From Catajapyx aquilonaris (lineage: Eukaryota): a stretch of 64,000 nt of DNA. The stretch lies in assembly GCA_000934665.2 (NCBI GenBank), contig KZ538817.1, positions 1 to 64,000 of the forward strand. The letters are read 5' to 3'. Each line of letters opens with the position of its first letter. Position 1 is the first letter of the stretch. The notes beneath the pieces were generated by a model. It was not told where the DNA came from, searched no databases, and saw only the letters and a program-made list of their open reading frames with translations. Of this stretch, positions 1 through 11,988 are shown in pieces. The position numbers were made by a program, and so were the translations under genes.

Positions 1-510
1 GTCAGTTTTTAGATTTATAACTCTTAATTATGTGCCTCTTGATATTAAATCAACACAGTGTATTGAAATTCATCTCGACAGCACTCGACGGTGGCGCTGC
101 GTAGTGGCCGACAACCAAACACTTTGACCAAACAAGTGGCCAAAAAGTGGCGACGCTTGGAAACCGTTTTTTCCACTCTTCCTAGTATTAAGCTCTTTGG
201 CGCCGCCCTTCCCAACGGCGACTTCGATAAGTTGCCTGCGGGCATGGGGATTCGTGGGGATCTGATAGGATCTGGTTATGTCCGAAGCCAACTTCCCCTA
301 GCGCCCGTTGGGAAGGGCGGCGCTCTATCCAACGTCGCCTAACTTGGCCAGGTGGCCAGGCGGCGCCACCCCTCGAATTTTTTCCGACTTTCGTCTCTTC
401 CCCTGACATTACCGTTCGTCTCAGAGATAAACGGATGGTATCACCGGAATCGGGATTTTTTGCCTGATTTTTACAGATCAACTTGTATTTTGAGTGGAGT
501 GTCCCTTTAA
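1..510. mobile_element. Right end of a putative Kolobok/T2-type non-autonomous DNA transposon inside an Fcp1 intron (left end outside window)
   Basis: Ends in TTTTGAGTGGAGTGTCCCT-TTAA (507-510); on the minus strand this reads TTAA-AGGGACACTCCACTCAAAA, the TTAA + AGGRR terminus typical of Kolobok/T2 MITEs. The GC/CpG-rich interior contrasts with the AT-rich intron after 510. Partner TIR not visible. Confidence 0.45.
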
Positions 511-1048
511 CTAGGTATTATGATTGTAGTGGACACTATCCAGTAGAAAGGGAGAAAAATATCATCTCTGGACTGAAAGATAACCTGTGAAAATGCCTAT
601 TTTCCGGGACATTTGTGTTCTCATTAGCGCTAATGACCACTAGTGAGTATGGTTAGAAAGTGAAGTGTCTTCTTGCGTAGTGACCTTGTGAGGAATTATG
701 TAGAATCTGATGCGATCAGGATAATAACTTTAACATGTATCCACAGTCTGTATTCGTGGTTATCAACATGTCCTGAGGCCCTTTAACCCTACATTATTTT
801 CAAACTGCTGTCTATGATGACTCACTTTTTTTTGTACATATTGGCCCACTAGTTGTAGCACGTCTACTTCAGAAAATTATAATATGTAACATGTGAATAC
901 CATGAATGATTTGTGATTGAATGTTTGAGTAATGCAGGCTTAATGTCGATTATCAGAATGAAGTTAGGGCATATTCCGCTTTGTTCAACACAATGAGTAT
1001 TGCAAAATGGGAATCTTGAAACATATTGCCTGTTGATTTTCATTGCAG

Positions 1049-3702
1049 GGCACTTTTCCCCTGTGGAGACCAGCTGGTGTGCATTATAGACGATCGTGAG
1101 GATGTCTGGAACTTTGTCCCCAACTTGATTCATGTAAAGCCGTATCACTTTTTCAAACATACAGGAGATATCCATGCTCCTCCAGGTCTTGGAAAGATGG
1201 AGAGTGATGAGAAAGTTGGATTTGATTTTGCAGTGTTGGGTATGTTTCATTTTGTAACGAACAATATGTAATATTTTCATTTGTGATTAATGTAAAAAAA
1301 ATTATTTGCAGAGAGGAAAAAAAGGAGTGCTGAAAAGAGGCGAAAGAAAGGGGAGGATGAGAACGGCAGGAAGAAGGCAGAAAAGGCAAAAGTTGATGTG
1401 GAAAAGGGAAATGAAGGACCTGCCAAGAATGAGGAAGTTGATAATGGTAAACCAGTTGAGAACACTGCGAAGCAAGAAGTGGAAAAGTCTGAAGAAAAAG
1501 ATGCAAATGAAGGAGTTGACACAGAAACAACTAAACTAGTTCAGGAAGATAATCATGAAGTGGGTGAGGATGGAGGAAAACAGAGTGACCATAATGGTGG
1601 AGGCAATGGAATAGTTGAAGCAGGAGAAGCAGAAGCAAATGAGAATGAAGCAGAAGCAAAGGTGAATGAAGCAGAAGCGAAGGTGAATGAAGCAGAAGCA
1701 AAGGTGAATGAAGCAGAAGCAAATGAGAATGAAGCAGAAGCAAAGGGGAATGAAGCAGAAGTCACAGATGCTGAATCCCTGGGAAGTGGCCAGGATGTCG
1801 AAGAGCCTAACAAACATGAAGTCAGTGGAGATGAAGTCCAAGTTCTTGAAACTGAAAACAAAGATGTTCCAAAACCTGAAGTTGCTAGCCCCGAAGCTTC
1901 AAAACATGACAGCCTTAATCAAGATGCTCCTGAAGAAATAGCCTCTGAAGAAAATAATAAGCCGGAAACCATTAGTAAGGATACCCCTAAAGGTGATACT
2001 CCGAAAGAGGATGCTGCCAGGGAGAATGCCCCAAAAGACCTCCCTGAAAAGGAGCCGCAGGGTAAACAACCTGAGTCAAAGCAAAGTGATGTCCTTGAGG
2101 TTGAGGATCCAGATGACTATTTGATGTACCTGGAGGAGATACTAACCACAATCCACAAAGCATATTACGACCTGTACTCTCAGACCCCATCCCCAGTTCC
2201 AGACCTTAAAAATGTCATCCAATATGTACGACGCAAGGTACTCCAAGGTGTCAGCATTGTGTTCAGTGGTGTGGTCCCAACGCGCTTTCCACTAGAGAAA
2301 AGCCACCCCTACATCATTGCCAAGTCTCTTGGTGTGGAAGTCACAGAGAAATTGACACCGAAGCGTGACAACAAGAAAGGGACAACCCATTTGGTAGCTG
2401 CAAGGTTGGGAACGGCCAAGGTGAATGATGCAAGAAGGATGAAAGGTGTTCATGTGGTGACACCTGACTGGCTTTGGACATGTGCAGAAAGGTGGGAGCA
2501 TGTGGACGAGAAGCTCTTCCCCCTCAACAGGGGGACCACAGCCAATCGAACACCTCCCCCTCATTGCTCCAGCCCGGAGATGTTTGTGGATGGCGTTCTG
2601 ATGAGGCGGCACAAGTAGGAAAAACACTTTCTTATGTATTTCCTTTTAAATGAATGTGTACAAATATTGTGGGCACTTGATCACTGATACTTTGCTTACT
2701 CAGGAATCCAGTGATGAGGGAAAGGTCACCTAGCGGCCGTTTTATTGACACCATCAACCCACTGATGTCATTCTCATCAGAGGACATTGCAGACATGGAT
2801 AAAGAGGTGGAAGACATCTTTAATGAGACTGACAGCAACACAAGCAGTGAGGATGGGGAGGTGAGGGAGGACGGTGGGGGGGCGGAGGACGACGAGGTCT
2901 TTGGGGGGAAGGTGGAGGTGCCACCCAAGCGGAAGTTCAGCATCAAGCAGAATGACAGCGATGCTGAGTCCACTACTTCAAGGGAGTCACTCACAGGTAG
3001 TGTTGGATTGGAAGATACCTTCACTGGGAAAGAAAAGTGCTTCAATATAGTGCATTTTCGTTTTTCATTATTTTAATCATTTGGAAATTATGGAAAGAGG
3101 CAAACGAGGTTTTTTTTCTTACCTCAGTGTATCACTTAGGAATTACAGAAGGTCACTTTGAGTTACAATTAGTACATTGTTATTTTAAAAGCAACTTGTG
3201 CAATTTTTGTCGTGAAATCTTGGCAGAGGAATGATGCTTTAGTGATATGCTACAATAAGTGAAGCAATTCTCAAAGTTTCGATGCTTGCTCAACCACATC
3301 AGGTTCAACAAGCGACAGTTGTCCATTAATATTTTTGAAAGCCTCTGCAGTGAAATTGACTTTTGAAAAATCTGAATTGTCCATCACATAGTCATCTGCA
3401 CTCACTGAACTTGCTCCTGAACAGGAGGGGAGTGTCCAAAGGGTTGGAAGGCTGAAGATGCGGGGAAGCGGAAGAGGGGTGAATCTGACGAGGAGGAAGA
3501 GGAGGAGGAGGAGGAGATGCCCAGTGCCAAGTTCCGCAGAGGAGAAGCCCTCCCTTCAGACTTTGAGATGGGTGGTGACACTACTGAGGGTGGTTTCCCA
3601 GGTTCGGACGACGACAACCAGGATGAAATGGATGACGGGGAGTGGAACATGATGGGTGCTGCTCTTGAGAGGGAGTTTTTGTCAGGTGGGGATGCTGATT
3701 AA
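1049..3702 (+). CDS. CTDP1: RNA polymerase II subunit A C-terminal domain phosphatase (Fcp1/CTDP1), 3' portion; exons 1049-1239, 1312-2614, 2704-2996, 3425-3702 (about 687 aa in window; 5' exons upstream)
   Basis: FCPH-domain tail LFPCGDQLVCIIDDREDVWNFVPNLIHVKPYHFF...GDIHAPPG; acidic insert; DPDDYLMYLEEIL; BRCT domain (VLQGVSIVFSG...THLVAARLGTAKV...VTPDWLWTCAERWEHVDEKLF); SSEDIADMDKEVEDI; C-terminal TFIIF-binding-like MMGAALEREFL. All three introns (1240-1311, 2615-2703, 2997-3424) are GT-AG and frame-consistent (phases 1, 2, 1); stop TAA 3700-3702. Confidence 0.96.
1626..1760 (+). repeat. Coding 21-bp tandem repeat (about 6.5 copies) in Fcp1 encoding EAEA(K/N)(V/E/G)N heptads
   Basis: Unit gaagcagaagcaaaggtgaat and variants; peptide EAEANEN-EAEAKVN-EAEAKVN-EAEAKVN-EAEANEN-EAEAKGN-EAEV. 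Confidence 0.95.
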
Positions 3703-6700
3703 GGAGACTCCCTCCCTGCCTGGGGAACAAAGTACAGTATTATTGTCAGATGCTCATCCTGTAACAAGTGCATTTAGCACATGTTGGGATGCTATGTAAC
3801 AGAGAGTGTTTTATCCTGCACTTTTAATGCAGTTATACTTCAGTCCTGTTGTTTTATTATGCCTCCAAGGCACCTGAATGACTGCTTCATCAGCTTCAGT
3901 GTCTCCACTTGTTGATTTTTTATTTTATTTTTTGCATGTTTCATGGTCTGACCTGCCTGAATGGTACAATAGTCATGATGTGAAACCCTGTCATCAAGGT
4001 GTCAGCTACAAAAACAAAGTCATGCCTTTTTTTTCTTCTTGTTTTTACTTTTAAATTTAAACTGCAGCCAGACATCCATTGCCTAAACTGGTAGTGAGAA
4101 ATTACAAAGTTCAGTGAAATGTGTTTATAATGAACCCTAGATGCAGCAGAAACTTGCCTGTTGAAGAATTTTTATTTTGTCCCAGTGAAAAAAAATTCAG
4201 CGCGTGTCACACGCATTTAATTGAAAGCTGTTGAGGAAAATATTGGGGTAAGGGAGCAAACTCCTTTCAAGGCAGGTTTCATTGCGTACTGTCATTTAAA
4301 ATACTATGGCATTTTCCTTTATAACGAGACCAATTTCTTTCCAATAACATGCTTCCATGCATTCACAAGGTTTTTACTTTATCACATTAGTCCTTTATAA
4401 TATTTATATTACTTTCCCAACATCACTGCTGCCAGTAATGGCTAGTTACCCGATGTGTTTCAAATTATGTGCATCTCAACAACACTTGCCCCTATGTGTC
4501 TGCCTGTGATCAAAAGGCTACCAGGACTATTGGAGTGCCTGCAAAGTGATGAAGGAGTTAGCAATCATTTTGCCTTGAATGTCGTGAGCTTGGTATCTGG
4601 GGTTTGAAAGATTTTTCTCCATGTTTCAATGAGTTTTGTTGGGGTTATCCTACCTCATACCTCTGTCAAATTCCATCTCCTTCAAGTTATGAAAAAATTC
4701 GGGTGAAAGAAAAGGTGATCATCTAGGAAGCCACAAAGCAACTGCAGGGATTATTAAATTGATGAAATGATTACTCATGAAAAGAGCCTCGGCTATAAGC
4801 AACCCTAGGCTATATAGCCAACTTGAAAGGCTGCTCCCGTCACACTTCCATATGTGGCCTGTGTGTTTGGATATAAGAAACCTCGGTAGGATACTGATTT
4901 CTGCAGTCCCTCGAAGTCTGGTAGGCTTGGAGAAAACGAGGGGATTCGGGAGGACAGAAGTTGCCTGGCCCTTGCCTGAGCGTTTAGGTTTCCCTCAGGT
5001 TGAACCATGTTAGAAATTTGGGCGTGCTCCTGGCTCATGCGCTGCATGCTTTTCCGAGTGGATTCACGAGCATCCCGAATCCCCCCCTTTGCTCTAGGCC
5101 TTACATCTGGAGTCAACTTTACTACTACGACTTCTACTGAAGTGTTGGCAGCTTTGTTTTCTTTTCATTTGGGCATGATGTTGAATATTGCATTCTAATG
5201 GCAGGGGACCCATTGTGGGAAGAATAGACAACCATCAGTAGAAACCATTGCTGCATGTTATGTGGAAAGAAGCATGGTCTTTCTGAGAAGGAAGCAACTC
5301 TTGTACAAACTGCATTAAAAGTGCTTTTAAAAAATGGCCTGCGCATTCAAACGGAATGACATTTTCATGGCATCACCGTGTGGATTGCATCCTTATTGGG
5401 CTGCTGAATGTACACACCCATGATCTTTGTGTTGACCTCCTCGAGGTGTGTAAATGTTTCTCAGAATGTAAGGTATCATTTTTGACGAGAGGTTTCAGTT
5501 TGCTTGAACAGTTAAGCAGTGATAGTCAGGTTATCAGGTGATATAGTTCTAAAAGACATAATTCAATCATCTTTGCGAGATATGTTAAGAGTGAATGGCA
5601 CTGCATTTTGCTGGTCAAGATCGCAACTTAAAATGCTATGGTATTGCACGATTGCAGCCAACAGTTTTGCAGGTCGCGTTAATTCATGGAGTGGGGGAAA
5701 AGTTATGGCACATGTAGTTTTACTTTGAAATTTCAAGGGCAAAATATCTAATTGTCAGAATAATGGTACAGCAGGATGAATCCTTTGGTTGATTATATTT
5801 GGAATGAGGATACCAGGTGGTAACAACAATGATAGGCTGTGACTTGGGCTCTTCCTACGGCAGAAAGCAATTATACATCATCCACTGGATGCATTTGGCA
5901 CGTTTCACCTTTGAATATATTGATGCCATAATTTTTGGTGATTTTGTGTAGTGCATACCTTGTGATTGTTCTCCCGTGCGTGTAACACTTGTTTCTTCTG
6001 GCAAACTCAGTTTTAGACATCTTGAAAAGTGTTAACATTTTGATGGTCGCAAAATTGTAAGGTGGTCGTGGGGTGAAGGTCACAAGAATGTTTTGTCTGT
6101 GCTGTTTGCTGTGCAGTCAGATCCAATGTAGTAAACACGTTTGGGGGCAGGTCATTTTGCATGGGAAATGCTCCTTTTGATGACTAAGATGAAAGTTGGT
6201 TTCAAGTGGCCTAACTTGAGCTATGTTTTAAACCAGCGCACTTTGGCATGTTTTAGCAGGGCATGAAAAGTTTGGCAGTCAAATCGAGACATTTTTATGA
6301 ACTTGACACATAATTGCCCGATATTTTATTGTTATTTATGAATAATATTCCAGCCAAAGCAGACCAGGTCTTCCTATTCACTGAAGATTCTATCTGCATA
6401 GAAAAAGTGGTCTTAGTCCTTTCTCCAAAACAAAAAAAAACAAAAAAAAATCTAGCATTCCCGGACACAAGTCCTCTTTCACGAAACAGCACCAATGTTA
6501 TAGGAAATTAGTGAAAACATTCAGAGTTCTAGTCCAACGTTTGTGTCATTGATCTCAAGAATCGTTACGCACATCGTTTTGGAACCCAGTTTTTAAAAGG
6601 CAGATATTCTCCTCGATTTGGTCAGTTTGTGAGCCATCTAGTAAACAGTGTTAAAGTAGTGTGTGCTGTTAGTCCCTTTCTCTGAATATAGAGTAGAAAT

Positions 6701-7229
6701 CTTTGTACCTGATAGTGTTTAAAATGTTACTCCGTGATTGTTGCTTGATTGTCATTCTATTTTTCACGATTAAAACAACCAAAATAAATAAATTCTCACG
6801 ATTAACATAGTAGGGAGACAATGTAAGAAGCATTCGGTTGCGTATCCCTGTAAACGTTTGAGACAGTTCCTAGATCTTAATTCGCACTAATTAAAAAGTT
6901 CATTATTCGAAGTAGGGTTGCCAGACACGAGTGCACACTTCCACTCCTCAGGGATAGTTTGTTGGCACGTTTAAGAAGAGCTTGAAAATTTATTACAGAC
7001 TAAAATATGTTAACAGTTGAGTGTAAGTCTCCATGACACTCAAAGAGTTGTTTGCAGATTTGAACTAAAATGTGTTAAAAGGCATGAGCTTGTTGTAACG
7101 TGATTTGGTTGTAACTACATGATTTCAACCATACCTGTACCTGAACTGTGTAGGTACAAGTTGTATGTTTTTAAATAAAAAATGTCTTTGAAACTACATT
7201 GCTTTAATACAACTTTTTATGTACACAGC

Positions 7230-7969
7230 CTATCCCTTCCAATGCGGTTTGTCAGTTCCAGTGACGTCCAAGTCAGGTTCCGTGTCGCCAGCATCAGGTT
7301 CGTGGTATTTCGTGTGCCAGGGGATGTGACTCAGGTCCTTCTTTCCTTCTTGCCATCCTCGGGGTGGCGCTTTCTCATAGTCAAAACCAGTCTTGCCGTA
7401 GATTTCACGCTTTTCTTCAATCTCCTCCCTAGAACATGGAGTAAGTTAAGCGTGATTCGCCCAAGTGGATGCTCACACCCCACAAGGGTCCACCTTCATA
7501 CCTGTATTGTCCGACAATGACTTTCTTCCCCGTTATAGGGCACGTCACATCACCCCAAGGGTACACCACCTCCTTCACTCTGTGTGTGATGTAACGGGTC
7601 ATCTTTTGTGGCAAGGACTCAATCAGGACGACGTCGCCAGGCTTGCATCTCTTCTCCGGGTCATGTGCAAAGAGGGTTTGAAACGATCCAAAATACTGTG
7701 AAGATGACCCCAAACAATTATAAGAATGCCACAATTCCAACATACCAATGTGAATAAGTACTCTTCAGCAAGTAACGCTCCTTTCTAATAAGGTAGACCT
7801 GCATTGGAGAGGTACGTGACACATGCATGCGTATTCCACACCCCGTACGTACCATGTGTAGGTTGGTGTCCAGCTCCAGGTGCTTGACCTTGATCTTGGC
7901 CGCATTTTTGAGGGTGGTGGGCAGGCACTGGCCCAGCACCAGGACGTTCTTCAGAGCGGTCGCCGCCAT
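7230..7969 (-). CDS. MRPS17: Mitochondrial ribosomal protein S17 (uS17m); exons 7969-7853, 7695-7502, 7428-7230; 169 aa
   Basis: Spliced product MAATALKNVLVLGQCLPTTLKNAAKIKVKHLELDTNLHM/YFGSFQTLFAHDPEKRCKPGDVVLIESLPQKMTRYITHRVKEVVYPWGDVTCPITGKKVIVGQY/REEIEEKREIYGKTGFDYEKAPPRGWQEGKKDLSH...HWKG*. S17 motif AHD...C..GD.VLI and the arthropod-type FDY.KAP.RGWQEGK tail. GT-AG introns of 157 and 73 nt, phases 0 and 2; ATTAAA on the minus strand at 7208-7203. Confidence 0.96.
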
Positions 7970-8541
7970 CTCTTTTCTCCTCGCTGCTCACACCGTGTCT
8001 CTGCTGCCACAGGGCGCCGCCATCTTTGTCTTTGGGAAGGTTCCGCCCCCCGCCGCATGGGGCGCTGCGGTCTGTTGGGGGCGGACGTGACAGCGATTTC
8101 ACGGTCTGAGCTTTTTCGGCGTTAACACATTATGAAAGCGGTGAGCAGGCCGTGTTACGGCAGCGTCACGGCAGTATTGTGTGTCAACAGACAGGGAATT
8201 GTCGCTTTCTGCTCCCTGGTGTTCAGTCGTCCGTTTCGACTTGATTCAAGCGTGGTCTCTCCCTAAGCGTGACAAGTAGCCGCGATTTGTGTGTAGCAGC
8301 GATGGGATTCAACGGTTTTGTTTTCCCGCCCTTCCCGCCCGCCATTGGCAGCTTGTGTTTCTGTATGGCTGCAGCTGCGGTGCTGTGTCGCCTTCTTGCC
8401 CTCCCTTCCTTCCTTCTCCCCGATTGACCGGCTGATCTCCTCCCACGCTGTGTGCCCGAAGGACACCAGCCGCGGTCTGTAAGGAGGGATAACCACACTT
8501 GGATTTTGTATGCTAACCCGGCTTTTATTTCGCAGGCCGCG
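7970..8541. promoter_or_regulatory. Bidirectional promoter/5' UTR region shared by mRpS17 (-) and CENP-L (+)
   Basis: Start codons 573 bp apart and divergent; GC/CpG-rich; YY1/Pho-type CCGCCATCTT at 8017-8026; Myb-type CAACGG at 8310-8315; E2F-type TTTTCCCGCC at 8321-8330 and TTCCCGCC at 8332-8339; ATTGG at 8344-8348; branch point GCTAAC and acceptor ttttatttcgcag (AG 8534-8535) imply a 5' UTR intron in CENP-L. Confidence 0.7.
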
Positions 8542-10922
8542 ATGGGCGACTTCTCGGCCAACTCGACGACTGTTGGGCGCAGTTTCATGTCCCACTCGAG
8601 AGTGAGCAAGGTGCGGACCTGTGTCACTCTGCCCTTGGACTCGGAGAATGAGATACACGAGAACTTTGAGTGTGAGTGCACCCTCTGTCTCCCTTTTTTA
8701 ATACTTGGTCGATGGATAGTGTAATGGCCCACACATACTGCGCAGTATTGTGTACAGCGACAAGTAACTCATAAATGAGCTGGTAAGGTGCTCTTCAGAC
8801 TAAAATGCTCCACGCCTTGTTTGGGTGGAAGGCATCATGATGACATGTAATTTATAGCATGCTCATGTGTGAACGTCATGTTAGCTTATTTTTACTGACC
8901 CTTTCACCTAATATCACATCACCCTGCATAGAGCGGCATGCCACTCAATGTAGGGTGATTAGGTATTGTGTACAGCATTTTTGTTTTACAATTGAAGACG
9001 TCACTTGCCAAAGTCCACGAGGTGAAATTTTTCAGGAGAGACTAAAAACTGCATACGGTATATGCGTAATCGCTCCATTCAGAGTGTCACAGTTTATTAT
9101 GCTCAAAGGGCACCATAATACACACCTAGTGGCATAAACATCATCTACTAGAAAACAATAGGTCAGAGTCTAGTAGTATGACAGAAATTCCACAAATGTT
9201 TTCAGAAAGGAGATTTCATGAGTAGTAAATTGGTAATTGCTTGAGTAAGACCTATGGTACAGCTTAAATCAATTGGGGAAGGTCTTACGTGCGCCTGCCT
9301 TGTTTCAGTACTTTCATTCCGCTGCGGAGGTCTTACTACCCTTTTTTTTACTGAAGGGAAAGTTTTTGATCTAATTGAAGTAATATGGATTAATAAGTTT
9401 GGCAAGTCCCTGCAATGTTATGATCTGTGACATCTCATATGTACAGTCTTGCACCAAAGGTTTTTTGTTCTTACTGGACCAATTACAGTTGGACCAGCCC
9501 CCTGACACTTCTCTAATGCAGTAGTGTAATTTCTGTGTCCCATCGTTCACTAAGCCGCCATCTTGATCAAAGTGCTACTCAGGTGGTAGGTAGCAGATGA
9601 GTCTGCTGATTGGCTCAGATATTTCTTTGCTTCCGCAGACTTACCACTTAAGTGCACCTTGAAAAGATGGCAGTATAGGGAAAGCTTTAGCGCCGCCAGC
9701 GCCAAAATCTGGGCTGGCGGAGTCACAGGAATTAAACTTCCGTATCCATACAGCTACAGGGGGGAAGTGACAGGGGGCTGAGTTGGACTTTACAATTGCT
9801 ACTGATTACTCAATATCTACTACTATCTCTTGCAGGTTTTTTGGGGAATCGCTGGCAAATTCATCGTGTGACCCCACTGTGGGGCTTCCAGTATGGTGAT
9901 GGCCACTTAAGCAGATATTCCCGCCTTGTTGGCAAATCCCTAGGCAGTGCTGGTGAAGAAGGTATCTCGAACAAGACCACATTCAAAATCCTGGAGGGAA
10001 TCAAATCAAACAACACAGACAACGAAGCTGTAACCATCCAAGTGCACCAGGCATTAGAAGGTGTGGAACGCTTGCTGTTTGAAGGAATCCTGCTGTCATC
10101 TGGACGTTCTACAGAAATAGTGCAGAACAATCCCATGGTCTATCTCCCAGTAATGCTCATCAGAGGGCAGGCGAGAATCAGCAACCTGGTCAAGGAAGCC
10201 ATTAGCAAGATATTTGATTGCACAATTTTCCCTGTGCATTACCCACCCCTGGAGCTTGAGTGGCAAAGTGCAGCCTGGAGCAGACAGGTGCAAAATAGAG
10301 ACAAAACATTCAACCTCAAGTTTGCACCTCCCGGCTACGTTGGGGGCAATCTCAGCAAGATCGACATCTGCATCCCTGTGGAACATGTCAAGAGCATATG
10401 GAAATGCTGCCCAACAAAGTCTGACTCTGAGCTCTTGCTGGAGGAAGTCAGAGTCTTTCACAGCATTCTCAGGGAACACTTCCATGCTATCAATCACTGG
10501 AACTTAGATACCTGCACACTGATGGAGTTCAGGGCTGGTGGAGTTGTCTTCTCCAGTGAAGGAAAGGTAAAGACTGATGCATTACTCGATTTGTAAATTC
10601 CACCTTCCCTGCAAAATTGTCACAGAGAAATTAGCAAGCATCATGCCACAACCACAGGTTTATTACCTCATAGGCTGGGGTGGCTGCATGAATGAGCCTT
10701 TTTAACAGTGCAATTTATGAAATGCTTGTTTGTGGTTAGGCTTATTTATTATTGATTTTATTGGAATACCTGGTCTATATATGTTAAGTTAATAAGCTGG
10801 CCTTTATTTTTCAGGTGAAAATCAACTCTGCTGCTGCTGCTGCGAAGGTGGTGGTGATGATCACTGAGTACTGTGAAAGCCTAGCTGATATAGAAGGAAT
10901 GACAAAAATGTTGTATGCATAA
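8542..10922 (+). CDS. CENPL: Centromere protein L (CENP-L); coding exons 8542-8671, 9836-10566, 10815-10922; 322 aa
   Basis: FLGNRWQIHRVTPLWGFQY...LSRYSRLV resembles the CENP-L N-terminal motif (LL.KQWTLYSLTPLYKFSY..LKEYSRLL as recalled for human); YLPVMLIRG...IFDCTI...LEWQSAAW; F...L..HF...W.L; C-terminal FSSEGK/VKI (cf. HTDGKIKI). GT-AG introns are frame-consistent (phases 1, 0); stop TAA 10920-10922; AATAAA at 11077-11082. The first coding exon is less certain than exons 2-3. Confidence 0.88.
9495..9780. mobile_element. 286-bp MITE with 17-bp TIRs and an 8-bp target-site duplication (hAT-like) in a CENP-L intron
   Basis: TIRs cagccccctgacacttc (9495-9511) and gaagtgacagggggctg (9764-9780), 16/17 complementary; exact direct repeat agttggac at 9487-9494 and 9781-9788; CAG...CTG termini. 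Confidence 0.88.
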
Positions 10923-11988
10923 TACGTGAGGGAAATACGAGTAAGATATGTATTATCTGAGGTGTCATTTTGAATGAACATTTTTCTGTGAAATTTACAA
11001 CAATGACCTGCATTTTTTTGCTTTTTACACAAATATTATTTTATTATAATATTCCAAATGTGTCAAGTATGTCTCCAATAAATTACATGTATGGCTGTTT
11101 ATACGTACATATTAGCAAGGCAGAAGTTATTAATTAGTGGACTTCAACTGAACATGATTTAGAATTTTAGATTATTATTTTATGCAATGTTTCCCGGTAG
11201 ACAGCATTTTAGGTGATACCATAGACACTGGATATGAGATCCTCGGCTATAAGTGACCCTCCGTTATGGCCAACTTGTCATTTTTGTCCCAGAACACACT
11301 GCTCTCAATTATCAGGGTGCAGATTATCTGCGAATCACTAAATAAATAAATAAATAAATAATGTCAACATATCTGGAAAACAAAAAAATATAACAGAATT
11401 TGCCCAGAAGACAACCTAAAAATCTGTAATAACTAATAAGTTTATTATTTTGATTAAACCTTATTTAGATCAGCATACACTATGTACAGTAGTTAATTAA
11501 AAACCAGTGAATAGTTCATTTTTAGGGTTTCTATGACTATTTTTGGATTATCCATGTTATCCCATTTCCAGACATACCTGTGCATTCATTAGCACCTAGA
11601 TAATGGGTAGGTAGATTCTGAGACGGTGGAGCCGTCTAGCGGCCGGAAAGTGCAGTTTTTATATGAAAGAAGGGCGACTCGTGCTTGGCTCACACAGTGG
11701 GGTCGGAAGTCACAATAATATTTCGCTTCTGGCAGAGAAGATGCCATTTACTGGGCTGATACTACATCCCTTCCTGAACGTAAATAGCCCCAGACCACAA
11801 GTTATAAGGCTCTAATTAGCCCGTAATTAATTCATCAAAATGGTGGTATTCAGGAAATATATATTGCGGAATTCCACTCTTATTTACAGCTATTTATCAT
11901 GTATGACATGTTATTTCCACACACGTTGTAGTGTAAAACTCCATCGAAATATTAAATAATTTTCAAGGGCCATTTTATCATTATAACA

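Noticed and set aside
1531..1861. Repetitive antisense ORFs (LLLHSP, CFCFIHL, ASASFTF)
   Set aside because: Shadows of the Fcp1 21-bp coding repeat.
8223..8732. 169-aa and 131-aa minus-strand ORFs
   Set aside because: Antisense to the CENP-L 5' region in GC-rich promoter DNA; no homology recognised.
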